A DNA stretch of 64,000 nucleotides, from NCBI GenBank assembly GCA_017536635.1, contig JAFXHA010000060.1, positions 6,030 to 70,029 of the forward strand, written 5' to 3'. Positions 36,263-44,903 of this stretch are shown piece after piece (within the stretch, counting starts at the first letter, position 1; each line of letters starts with the position of its first letter). The notes under the pieces are model-generated. The model was not told the DNA's origin, made no database searches, and saw nothing but the letters and a program-made list of their open reading frames with translations. Position numbers and translations under genes: made by a program. This DNA comes from Clostridia bacterium. GTDB lineage: Bacteria; Bacillota; Clostridia; Oscillospirales; CAG-272.

Positions 36263-37702
36263 TCACAGAGATTCGTACATCTCTATGTATTTTTTTGCCG
36301 ACGCGGTCCAGGAGAAGTCTGTTCTCATTATACGTCCTATCAGCTTATTTCTCTTTTCGGTATTATTCCAAAGATCGATCGCAGCGCAAGCTCTGTCTGC
36401 AAGCTCTGCTGCGCTGTAATTGGCGAAGGTAAAGCCGTTTCCGAGCATCTTACCGTCCTTTTCCCAATATCCCTTGATCGAATCGTAAAGTCCACCGGTT
36501 TCTCGGGTTACGGGAATTACGCCGTAGCGCGAAGCTATCATCTGCGAAAGTCCGCAGGGCTCGCTCTTTGAGGGCATAAGGAATATATCCGATGCCGCGT
36601 AAACTCTCTTGGAGAGATCGCGATCGTAAATGAGCATTGCTCTTACTTTATCAGGGAATCTCTGCTCGAGCTCACGGAAGAAGTTTTCGTATTTTACGTC
36701 TCCCTTGCCGAGAACAACGAACTGAACGTCTCTGGTACTAAGCAGATCATAGATCATATCGGTGATAAGATCAAGTCCCTTATGTGATGCAAGTCGGGAT
36801 ATTACGGAGATAAGCGGAACGTCGTCTCTCTGAGGAAGACCGACCTCCTGCTGAAATGCCGCTTTATTTACTGCCTTATTTTTGAGCGAACGCCAGGTAT
36901 AAGTTTTAGAGATCGTCTTATCGGTCTGAGGATTGTAATAATCGTAATCGATTCCGTTAAGTATTCCGCAAAGCTTAAACGCGTTATCGTTGAGTATCTG
37001 AGAAAGTCCGTGCGAATGCTCCTCGCCCTTTATTTCCTCAGCGTATCTCGGGCTGACGGTCGTAACCTTATTAGCGCAAGCGATAGCACCCTTCATAAGA
37101 TTGATACATCCATCGTACTCAACTATATACTTGGAATCGTTCTTGAGCTCAAAAACGTCTCCGAGTATCAAAAAGTCATACTTGCCCTGATATTCTATAT
37201 TATGGATCGTAAATACCGTCTTTATATTCTCATATCCTCTGATACGGCGGTATTTTCTGTCAAGATATACTACCGACATAGCCGCCTGCCAATCGTGTGC
37301 ATGGATAACGTCAGGATAAAAGTCGAGCTTGGAAAGCACGTCTATTGCCGCCTTACTGAAGAAAGCGAATCTCTCTCCGTCGTCAAAGTGGCCGTAAAGC
37401 GCTTCTCTGTTGAAATAATATTCATTGTCTATAAAGTAATAAGTTACTCCGTCCTTAACGAGACTTTCGACTCCGCAGTAAACCATTCTCCACGAAAGCG
37501 ACATTTGATAATCGCACTCGTGCTTCATCTGAGCTCTCCACTCCTGCGATACTGCGCTATAAAGCGGAAGCATTACGCGAACGTCTACGTCCTCGCCGCC
37601 TGCCTTTGCTATCTCAGCAGGCAAGGATCCGAGAACATCTCCAAGTCCTCCCGTTGCGGCAAATGGCATAGCCTCGGCGCCTATAAACAAAATTTTCTTC
37701 AT
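36263..37702 (-). CDS. glgA: glycogen synthase (ADP-glucose type)
   Basis: 479 aa with KTGGLGDV-type motif ATGGLGDVLGSLP and C-terminal SEPCGLSQM. Confidence 0.96.
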   Translation of the reverse strand: MKKILFIGAEAMPFAATGGLGDVLGSLPAEIAKAGGEDVDVRVMLPLYSAVSQEWRAQMKHECDYQMSLSWRMVYCGVESLVKDGVTYYFIDNEYYFNREALYGHFDDGERFAFFSKAAIDVLSKLDFYPDVIHAHDWQAAMSVVYLDRKYRRIRGYENIKTVFTIHNIEYQGKYDFLILGDVFELKNDSKYIVEYDGCINLMKGAIACANKVTTVSPRYAEEIKGEEHSHGLSQILNDNAFKLCGILNGIDYDYYNPQTDKTISKTYTWRSLKNKAVNKAAFQQEVGLPQRDDVPLISVISRLASHKGLDLITDMIYDLLSTRDVQFVVLGKGDVKYENFFRELEQRFPDKVRAMLIYDRDLSKRVYAASDIFLMPSKSEPCGLSQMIASRYGVIPVTRETGGLYDSIKGYWEKDGKMLGNGFTFANYSAAELADRACAAIDLWNNTEKRNKLIGRIMRTDFSWTASAKKYIEMYESL

Positions 37703-37729
37703 AATTTTTATTTTCCTTTTGATTTATTA

Positions 37730-38860
37730 TCAGACCATTGTTCCCTTAGGAATAAAGAACGGCATCGTGCTGTGTCCCGAAAGAACTCTGCCGTCGCAAA
37801 TTACGGCGTTCTTGTCGGTGATAACGCAATTGAGCGACACGTTATTGCCGATAAAGGTATCCTGAAGCAGTACAGAATTCTTTACAACGGTACCGCGTCC
37901 GACCTTTACTCCTCTGAAAATAATGCAGTTTTCAACAGTTCCCTCGATAAGACAGCCGTCTGCGATGCAGGAATTCTTTACGCTCGAGCCGCTCGCATAA
38001 ATAGTGGGCGCGGAGTTTCTGAGCTTTGTAAATATCGGTCTGTTTTCAACGTTAAAGAATTTATCTCTTACGTTGCTCTCAAGCAGCTTCATAGAGCTTG
38101 AGAAATAAGATTCGAGAGAAGCTATCTGGATATACTGCTCCTCGCAGAGATGTCTGAATATCTTTGCTCTGCGAAGTCTCTTTGCTATAAGATCGTGATA
38201 GAAATGCGTTTCGCCATGCGCACCTGCATCTCTGAGTGCGGAAAGCAGGAAAAGGCGATTGATGACCACGATGTTCGTGCTTACCTCAACGCCGAAGGTG
38301 CCTGCGACGTAAGTGGAAACGTCGGTTACCACGTCCTTATCGTCAAACGATACGACGATTCCGTCGTTATTGTCGGTCTCGTCCTCGGTTATTTTTCTTG
38401 TAACGATAGTTACGTCTGCCTGTCTTTTTGCGTGCTCGTCAACTATCTTGGAAAGATCGATGTTGCATATGCCGTCGCAATCCGAAAGAACTACGTATTC
38501 CTCGTTGCAGCGCGAGATAAAGCTCATTACTCCGTAAAGCGCTTCAAGTCTGGTCGTATAAAGCTTGCTGCTAGATCCACCTGCATAAGCTGAAATGAAC
38601 GGGGGGAGTATCTTGATACCGCCCGAACGTCTCGCAAGATCCCAGTCCTTACCCGTACCGATATGATCGAGGAGCGACTGATAATTATTATGTGCGATAA
38701 CGCCTATCTTTGTGATACCCGAATTTACCATATTGGAAAGCGGGAAATCTATAAGGCGGTAACGGCAGCCGTAAGGCACGGACGCCATCGTTCTCTTACT
38801 TGTAAGCTCGGGAATGGAAGAATCGTGAATGTTAGAAAAGATCAATCCTACAACTGACAT
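37730..38860 (-). CDS. glgD: glucose-1-phosphate adenylyltransferase regulatory subunit GlgD
   Basis: 376 aa paralogue of GlgC lacking the GGxGxRL motif, in the glgC-glgD-glgA order. Confidence 0.88.
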   Translation of the reverse strand: MSVVGLIFSNIHDSSIPELTSKRTMASVPYGCRYRLIDFPLSNMVNSGITKIGVIAHNNYQSLLDHIGTGKDWDLARRSGGIKILPPFISAYAGGSSSKLYTTRLEALYGVMSFISRCNEEYVVLSDCDGICNIDLSKIVDEHAKRQADVTIVTRKITEDETDNNDGIVVSFDDKDVVTDVSTYVAGTFGVEVSTNIVVINRLFLLSALRDAGAHGETHFYHDLIAKRLRRAKIFRHLCEEQYIQIASLESYFSSSMKLLESNVRDKFFNVENRPIFTKLRNSAPTIYASGSSVKNSCIADGCLIEGTVENCIIFRGVKVGRGTVVKNSVLLQDTFIGNNVSLNCVITDKNAVICDGRVLSGHSTMPFFIPKGTMV

Positions 38861-38862
38861 AA

Positions 38863-40071
38863 TTATTTACCCTCCTTATCCAAATCGGAAGCCTTTGAGA
38901 TCATAGCTCCGTCCTGTACCACAGTGCCGTCGGGCACGCAGATATCCTCACCGATAACCGCGATCCCCTTTGCGCTCTTTATAGGCGCGCCTATCTTGCA
39001 GCTCTTACCGATAACAGAATCGCTATCGATTATAGAGTACATTACCTCGGAGCCCTCTCCGATAACCGCATTATCCATAATTACGGAATCGCAAACGGTA
39101 GCGCCCTCAAGGACCTTAACGCCTGCACCGAGCACGCAGTTCTTTACCGTTCCGTATATCTCGCAGCCTGCGGTCAGCGAGCTGTTCTCAATCACCGCAT
39201 CCTTGCCTATATACTGAGGCGGCTGAGCGCCGTGTCTTGCGAATATTCTCCAATCCTCGTCTCCCAAAGAGAGCTCGGGGTTCTCTCCGAGAAGGTCCAT
39301 ATTTGCCTCCCAAAGAGAATCTATGGTTCCAACGTCCTTCCAATAGCCTACGAAGGGATAAGCGTAAAGCTTTTCGCCCGCGGAAAGCATCTGAGGAATT
39401 ATATTCTTACCGAAGTCATTGGAGCTGTTAGGATCCTCAGCATCCATCGTAAGATATTTGAACAGGCACTCGGTATTGAAGACGTAAATACCCATCGACG
39501 CCTTGGTGCTGTCGGGATTCTGCGGCTTCTCCGCAAATTTGAATATCTTACTGTTCTCGTCGGTACTCATTATTCCAAAACGCTTTGCTTCCTCAAGAGT
39601 TACGTCGATAACCGCGATCGTGCAATCGGCGTTCATCTTCTTGTGGTAATCTATCATCTTGGAATAATCCATTTTATAAATGTGGTCTCCCGAAAGGATT
39701 ATAACGTACTCGGGATTATACATCTTGATAAACGCCATATTCTGATATATCGCGTTAGCAGTTCCCTTATACCAATCGGCGCCGTCCTTACCCTGATAAG
39801 GTGGAAGGATCTTTACACCTCCGTGCGCTCTGTCAAGATCCCAAGGCAGACCGTTGCCTATGTACTCGTTGAGCACGAGCGGCTGATACTGCGTGAGAAC
39901 TCCGACAGTATCGATCCCTGAATTTATACAGTTTGAAAGCGGAAAATCTATGATCCTATATTTTCCGCCAAAAGAAACGGCAGGCTTTGCCGTCTTTTCG
40001 GTAAGCGCATACAATCGGCTTCCCTGTCCTCCTGCCAAAAGCATTGCTACACATTCTTTGTTTCTGAACAT
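38863..40071 (-). CDS. glgC: glucose-1-phosphate adenylyltransferase
   Basis: Start at ATG 40071 (SD GGAGG, 5-nt spacing). N-terminus is [20 protein letters not shown], followed by a left-handed beta-helix C-terminus. Confidence 0.95.
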   Translation of the reverse strand: MFRNKECVAMLLAGGQGSRLYALTEKTAKPAVSFGGKYRIIDFPLSNCINSGIDTVGVLTQYQPLVLNEYIGNGLPWDLDRAHGGVKILPPYQGKDGADWYKGTANAIYQNMAFIKMYNPEYVIILSGDHIYKMDYSKMIDYHKKMNADCTIAVIDVTLEEAKRFGIMSTDENSKIFKFAEKPQNPDSTKASMGIYVFNTECLFKYLTMDAEDPNSSNDFGKNIIPQMLSAGEKLYAYPFVGYWKDVGTIDSLWEANMDLLGENPELSLGDEDWRIFARHGAQPPQYIGKDAVIENSSLTAGCEIYGTVKNCVLGAGVKVLEGATVCDSVIMDNAVIGEGSEVMYSIIDSDSVIGKSCKIGAPIKSAKGIAVIGEDICVPDGTVVQDGAMISKASDLDKEGK

Positions 40072-40147
40072 ATTAACCTCCCACGGACACACTGCCCGAA
40101 ATTTTTTCATTTTTATTCGCCGGGGTTACTTTTGGAATTCGCTGTTT

Positions 40148-42022
40148 TTATTTTGCAAGCTCTATAAGCGACACGCCGAAGGGGGCGACGTTTATTTCTA
40201 TCGCGCTCTCCCTGCCGTGTACCGATACGGGCTTACTGTCAATATTTAAGGGATTTACAAATCCCGATCCGCCAAAGCGTGTTTGATCGGAATTGAATAT
40301 CTCTCTGTATACTCCCTTTTTATTGACGCCAACGAGATATTTCTCGTAAGCTACGGGAGTAAAGTTTATAACGACTATAATTTCTTTTCCGCTACTGTCC
40401 CGTCTCAGATAAGAAATTATACTGCGGTCGCGGTCGTCCGCGCATATCCACTCGAATCCGCTACGCTCCGTGTCGTTTTGCCAGAGCGCAGGCTTTGTCA
40501 GATACAAGTGATTGAGCTGTGAGACGTAATACTGCAATCTCGCGTGTATCTCGTCCTCAAGGCATTCCCACTCGATGCTGCCGTCGTGATCCCACTCGCT
40601 CATCTGCCCTATTTCGCCGCCCATAAACATGAGCTTTTTGCCGGGATGAGTCATCATATATCCAAGATACGCTCTGACACCCGCAAGCTTTTTTTCGGTA
40701 TCTCCGAACATTTTATTCGCAAGCGAGCCCTTACAATGCACGACGTCATCGTGAGTAATCGGCAGGATATAGCTTTCGGCATACGCATAGCTGAGTGAAA
40801 AAATAAGCTTGTCGTGCTCGTACTTTCTGAATATCGGATCGCGACGCACGTATTCGAGCGTATCATGAGACCATCCCATATTCCACTTGAGGTCAAAGCC
40901 GAGGCCGTCATTCTCAAAGGACGTAACGTGAGGCCAGGCGGTCGATTCCTCCGCGATCATAAGCGCGTCGGGAAATTCCTTTTTGACGCAAGAATTAAGA
41001 GCTCTGAAAAAGTCTATCGCTTCAAGATTCTCGTTCGAGCCGTTTACATTTGGCGTCCATTCGCCCTCTCCTCTGTCGTAATCGAGATAAAGCATTGATG
41101 ATACCGCATCTACTCTCAAGGCATCGACGTGGTATTTTTCAAGCCAATATATCGCGTTCGATATAAGAAAGCTTCTTACCTCGCTTCGACCGATATCAAA
41201 GTAACGGGTATTCCACACCTTGTGCTCCTGACGAAGCGGATCGCTGTATTCATACAGAGGTGAGCCGTCGAATTCGAACAAGCCATGCTCGTCTTTAGGA
41301 AAATGCGCGGGCACCCAATCGAGAATAACTCCGACGCCTGCTTCGTGCATTCTGTCAACGAATGCCATAAAATCGCAGGGAGATCCGTACCTTGCGGTAG
41401 GTGCGAAATAGGAGCATATCTGATACCCCCAGGATCCGCCGAACGGGTGCTCGGCTACGGGCATAAGCTCTATATGCGTATAACCCATCTGCTTTACGTA
41501 AGTAGAAAGCTCATCGGCAAGCTCTAAGTAAGACAGTGCGCTCCCGTCCTCTCTTTTCTTCCACGAGCCGAGATGCACCTCATACACGTTCATAGGCTCA
41601 CGGCGATAGTTCGGAGCTTTTTTCCTGCGGTACGCAAGCCAACCGCTGTCTCGCCACTCATATCCGTCGACGTCGCACACGACACTCGCCGTGCCGGGCG
41701 GGCACTCGGCGCAGATCGCGAACGGATCCGCCTTGAAGCATTCCCTTCCGTCGCTCCGTATCTTGTACTTATACTTGTCTCCGACAGAGACTCGGTCAGT
41801 CGGTATTACCGTTTCCCACACACCGTCGCTCGTGATACGCGACATCGGGAATTCCTCGCGCCAAGCGTCAAAGTCGCCAACGACGAATATCTGCCGCGCG
41901 CGCGGTGCAAACACCCTGAAGGCGTAACCGTCCTCTACCTTATGACAACCGAAATATTCATACGCCTTGTAATTTGTTCCCTGATGGAACAAATACGCCG
42001 CGAGATTTCCGCTACTTCCCAT
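40148..42022 (-). CDS. glgB: 1,4-alpha-glucan branching enzyme
   Basis: 624 aa with GH13_9 regions DWVPAHF, ALRVDAVSSMLY, MIAEESTAWP and ILPITHDDVVH. Confidence 0.96.
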   Translation of the reverse strand: MGSSGNLAAYLFHQGTNYKAYEYFGCHKVEDGYAFRVFAPRARQIFVVGDFDAWREEFPMSRITSDGVWETVIPTDRVSVGDKYKYKIRSDGRECFKADPFAICAECPPGTASVVCDVDGYEWRDSGWLAYRRKKAPNYRREPMNVYEVHLGSWKKREDGSALSYLELADELSTYVKQMGYTHIELMPVAEHPFGGSWGYQICSYFAPTARYGSPCDFMAFVDRMHEAGVGVILDWVPAHFPKDEHGLFEFDGSPLYEYSDPLRQEHKVWNTRYFDIGRSEVRSFLISNAIYWLEKYHVDALRVDAVSSMLYLDYDRGEGEWTPNVNGSNENLEAIDFFRALNSCVKKEFPDALMIAEESTAWPHVTSFENDGLGFDLKWNMGWSHDTLEYVRRDPIFRKYEHDKLIFSLSYAYAESYILPITHDDVVHCKGSLANKMFGDTEKKLAGVRAYLGYMMTHPGKKLMFMGGEIGQMSEWDHDGSIEWECLEDEIHARLQYYVSQLNHLYLTKPALWQNDTERSGFEWICADDRDRSIISYLRRDSSGKEIIVVINFTPVAYEKYLVGVNKKGVYREIFNSDQTRFGGSGFVNPLNIDSKPVSVHGRESAIEINVAPFGVSLIELAK

Positions 42023-42065
42023 ACTGCCTCCTACACTGACTGATTAGCTTTTATTATGCGCTCTG

Positions 42066-42380
42066 TCAGTCAAGATTCGTATGATATATTATCTCATCCG
42101 GAAAGCACATTCCGAGCTTTTCGCGCGCTACTCTGATCTTGTATGCGTCGTCTAAAGGAGCTTCTACAAGATATTCAAGTCGGTCTATATCGTCTGACAG
42201 CCGCGCGATATATTCCTCTCTTTCCCTCTTGTCCTCTTGTATCTCGTTATATCGCATTATACTCCAAAGAAAGAATACGACCGAAAAGGCAAGCAAAAAA
42301 AGCAAAAAAACGCGAACCGTAACAGATGCCGCACTCTTTTTGCCAACGAAATATTTATCAGCTCTCTTTATCCGTCCCAT
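42066..42380 (-). CDS. divIC: septum formation initiator family protein (FtsB/DivIC)
   Basis: 104 aa with one TM plus a coiled-coil, ending ARE-KLGM. It follows yabP-yabQ as in Bacillus. Confidence 0.85.
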   Translation of the reverse strand: MGRIKRADKYFVGKKSAASVTVRVFLLFLLAFSVVFFLWSIMRYNEIQEDKREREEYIARLSDDIDRLEYLVEAPLDDAYKIRVAREKLGMCFPDEIIYHTNLD

Positions 42381-43023
42381 TTTTTTGCTCCTGCTCCGTT
42401 ATTGAACTATTATTTTCCCTCAAAAAGCCGAAGCCTTTTTCAGATAACGTATATATATATAATAATTCATTATCATTATACAATACTTTTTCTTTTTTTT
42501 CAAGAGCATTCGAGATTTTTATAGCTAAAATTTTTAATAATTTTTTACATTTTTTCAAAAAAATTGTCAAAGGAAGGAGAATTATCTTAAAACTCCAAAA
42601 AGCGATACCTCTGACCAATATCATAAGCTCACCGAAAACGAGTGTTATCATTCTGCCGATCGTCAGTCGGCAGAGCAAAAAGCCGAGTCCCACTCCCAAC
42701 ACGCAAAAGCCGCGGAATTCTCCGGAATTCAAATAGTAGCACAGCAATATTATCCCTGCGCCCATAAGGATAAATATTGCAAGATCCACGACAAAAGTAT
42801 ATGCATATCTTACGCACCGAATAATTTTCAGCTGCTTTTTTTCTTCTCGGCGCGCAGGATAGAGCCCCGAGAGCCAACGTTCGACCGCGGAGCTTTTAAA
42901 CAAGCTTTTTCCGTCGATAAGCGCTGTCGCAGATCTTGCCGCACCATTGAGGATCGCCAAGAAAAAGCCGAACAAAAAGGAGTACAAAAGCAGCCTTGCA
43001 AGCAGTATAGGTGATATTCTCAT
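42358..43023 (-). CDS. yabQ: spore cortex biosynthesis protein YabQ-like
   Basis: 221 aa polytopic membrane protein directly after yabP, with a Lys-rich, very AT-rich 3' tail. It overlaps divIC by 23 nt. Confidence 0.75.
   Translation of the reverse strand: MRISPILLARLLLYSFLFGFFLAILNGAARSATALIDGKSLFKSSAVERWLSGLYPARREEKKQLKIIRCVRYAYTFVVDLAIFILMGAGIILLCYYLNSGEFRGFCVLGVGLGFLLCRLTIGRMITLVFGELMILVRGIAFWSFKIILLPLTIFLKKCKKLLKILAIKISNALEKKEKVLYNDNELLYIYTLSEKGFGFLRENNSSITEQEQKNGTDKES
42475..42503 (-). promoter_or_regulatory. candidate internal sigma-A promoter (TTGAAA-17-TATAAT) inside yabQ, oriented toward divIC
   Basis: Minus strand has TTGAAA at 42498-42503 and TATAAT at 42475-42480, about 95 nt upstream of the divIC ATG. 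Confidence 0.45.
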
Positions 43024-43032
43024 TCGTTCACT

Positions 43033-43326
43033 TTACCCAAACAGCTTGCCAAAAAATGAACGCTTGCGCTCGGGCATCTCAGCTGAATAATATACAGCAT
43101 CGATCCTGCCGCTGAGCGTTACGTTACCACCTGCGGTATTAAGCTCACCTATCTTTATTCCCGAGCCCTCGACCGTCAGTTCGCCATCCGTAGTCTTCAT
43201 AACGGCGCCCGCATCGTCAAAGCTAAGAACCTCGCACACGCCGCCGATATCCATTTTAGCTCTGCCGATCATACTGACAGTATGTACAGGATTATCCGCT
43301 CTTCCCTGCTTATCATTTTGCATCAT
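43033..43326 (-). CDS. yabP: sporulation protein YabP
   Basis: 97 aa with a YabP/YqfC-like pattern GELTVEGSGIKIGELNTAGGNVTLSGRIDAVYY. Confidence 0.88.
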   Translation of the reverse strand: MMQNDKQGRADNPVHTVSMIGRAKMDIGGVCEVLSFDDAGAVMKTTDGELTVEGSGIKIGELNTAGGNVTLSGRIDAVYYSAEMPERKRSFFGKLFG

Positions 43327-43334
43327 AAAAAAGC

Positions 43335-43368
43335 CTCCGCATAGATTTTTACTAAATTCTATGCGGAG
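43335..43368 (-). terminator. intrinsic terminator after rqcP whose 3' arm contains the yabP Shine-Dalgarno
   Basis: Perfect 10-bp stem CTCCGCATAG/CTATGCGGAG with a 14-nt loop, then GCTTTTTT running into the yabP ATG. The GGAGG at 43334-43338 lies in the 3' arm. Confidence 0.75.
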
Positions 43369-43378
43369 ATACGATCCT

Positions 43379-43621
43379 TTATTCTATTATCTCGTAAAGC
43401 GCCGAGGCATCGCTCTTGGCAACGGTCTCCTTGACCTGCAGAACTCTGAATTTCAAAACCCGCTGACCAAAGGTTATCTCTACGATATCACCCTCTTTGA
43501 CGTCATACGATGCTTTCGCGCGTCTGCCGTTTACCGACACGTGCTCGGTATCACAGGCATCGTTCGCAACGGTTCTGCGCTTTATTATTCTCGACACCTT
43601 CAAAAACTTATCAAGTCTCAT
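43379..43621 (-). CDS. rqcP: S4-domain RNA-binding protein (YabO/RqcP-like)
   Basis: 80 aa starting MRLDKFLKVSRIIKRRTVANDAC. Its position upstream of yabP-yabQ-divIC matches B. subtilis yabO. Confidence 0.85.
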   Translation of the reverse strand: MRLDKFLKVSRIIKRRTVANDACDTEHVSVNGRRAKASYDVKEGDIVEITFGQRVLKFRVLQVKETVAKSDASALYEIIE

Positions 43622-43639
43622 TATAAATTATACCTTTCA

Positions 43640-43669
43640 AAAATAATCGGTCGGGCAGTTACCCGACCG
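43640..43669 (-). terminator. intrinsic terminator after hup
   Basis: 8-bp stem CGGTCGGG/CCCGACCG with a 6-nt loop, followed on the minus strand by ATTATTTTTG. Confidence 0.8.
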
Positions 43670-43682
43670 TTATTTGCAATGA

Positions 43683-43955
43683 TTAGTTTACTGCGTTCTT
43701 AAGTGCTGCGCCAGCCTTGAATGCGGGAGCCTTGGATGCTGCAACCTGCATAGTCTCGCCGGTCTTGGGGTTACGGCAAGTTCTTGCTGCCTTAGCCTTA
43801 ACTTCGAAGGTACCGAAGCCGATAAGCTGTACCTTTTCGCCAGCCTTGAGTGCGTCCTCAACGGATGCGGTGAAAGCTGCTACTGCTGCCTCTGCCTGCT
43901 TCTTGGTAAGTCCTGCTTTTTCAGCTACTGCTGCTACGAGTTCTGTCTTATTCAT
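43683..43955 (-). CDS. hup: DNA-binding protein HU
   Basis: Start at ATG 43955, giving [25 protein letters not shown]...[22 protein letters not shown] (90 aa). Confidence 0.96.
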   Translation of the reverse strand: MNKTELVAAVAEKAGLTKKQAEAAVAAFTASVEDALKAGEKVQLIGFGTFEVKAKAARTCRNPKTGETMQVAASKAPAFKAGAALKNAVN

Positions 43956-44087
43956 TTTAAAATCCACCTTTCTTTTTCTTTTACGGGCTTCATGCCCTAA
44001 TTTCATAATAATTATACCACACTTTTAACACAATATCAAGTGTTTTTTTTCATTTTTTTGATATTTTTTCCGAATATTTTGTGTTTT

Positions 44088-44900
44088 TTAGCAGTTTTTA
44101 TGTTTAATTTTATCCCAAATGTCGTTCAAGGTGTCGTTTGAAAGGTCGTTCATCTCTTTTCCGAGCTTATGAACTTCCTGCTCGACAACGTCAAAGCGGT
44201 CTATAAACTTGTCCGTAGCCTTAGCGAGCGCGACCTCGGACTCAACTCCGAGCTTGCGGCAAAGCGAGGTTACGGTGAGAAGAAGGTCTCCCATCTCCTC
44301 CTCTATCGCCGCCTTGTCGCCGCCCTGCGTCGCTTCCTTCAGCTCCGCTATCTCCTCGTTGATTTTGTCGAACACCTGATCGGCATTTTCAAAATCGAAG
44401 CAGGAAGCTTTTTTGCCGACCTTTTCCGCGCGCATCAGTGCGGGTAGCATCGGCGGGATCGCACGAAGCTTATCTGTTACAGTCCTTCTTTCCTTTTCCT
44501 CGCTCTTTATCTTCTCCCAATTCGAGAGCACCTTTTCCGACGTATCGGCATAAACGTCGCCGAAAACGTGGGGGTGGCGATGCACGAGCTTTACACAAAT
44601 ATCATTTGCCACGCCGTCGATATCAAATCGTCCCTGCTCCTCCTCGATCCTTGCGTGGAATACCACCTGAAGCAAAACGTCTCCAAGCTCCTCACGAAGC
44701 AACTCGGGATTTTCGGTATCTATCGCCTCTATGACCTCGTAGGTCTCCTCGATAAAATCCTTTCGAATACTCTTATGATCCTGCTCTCTGTCCCACGGGC
44801 AGCCCTTATCCGAGCGCAGTATCTCCACTATGGTTATAAGGTCCTCAAAGGTATACTCCTTTTTTTCTGCCATCAGCCTTATTTTTTCTTCAACAGTCAT
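44088..44900 (-). CDS. mazG: MazG-family nucleoside triphosphate pyrophosphohydrolase (tandem MazG domains)
   Basis: 270 aa with motifs GCPWDREQDHKSIRKDFIEETYEVIEAI and EELGDVLLQVVFH, plus a second EEMGDLLLTV repeat. Confidence 0.92.
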   Translation of the reverse strand: MTVEEKIRLMAEKKEYTFEDLITIVEILRSDKGCPWDREQDHKSIRKDFIEETYEVIEAIDTENPELLREELGDVLLQVVFHARIEEEQGRFDIDGVANDICVKLVHRHPHVFGDVYADTSEKVLSNWEKIKSEEKERRTVTDKLRAIPPMLPALMRAEKVGKKASCFDFENADQVFDKINEEIAELKEATQGGDKAAIEEEMGDLLLTVTSLCRKLGVESEVALAKATDKFIDRFDVVEQEVHKLGKEMNDLSNDTLNDIWDKIKHKNC

Positions 44901-44903
44901 TTT

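Noticed and set aside
33761-36571. 936-aa plus-strand ORF, considered as a real giant protein-coding gene
   Set aside because: It is exactly codon-aligned antisense to glgP and glgA, both of which have unmistakable conserved products. The translation is Cys/Leu/Val/Ile-rich with no recognisable domains, and there is no SD. It is explained by the absence of TTA/CTA/TCA sense codons.
42422-42440. cUUCGg hairpin followed by U5, considered as a terminator/attenuator between yabQ and divIC
   Set aside because: It lies inside the continuous yabQ reading frame (SEKGFGFL). The stem has only 2 G-C pairs plus A-U and G-U pairs, so it is too weak to call a terminator. It is mentioned only as a possible RNA structure.
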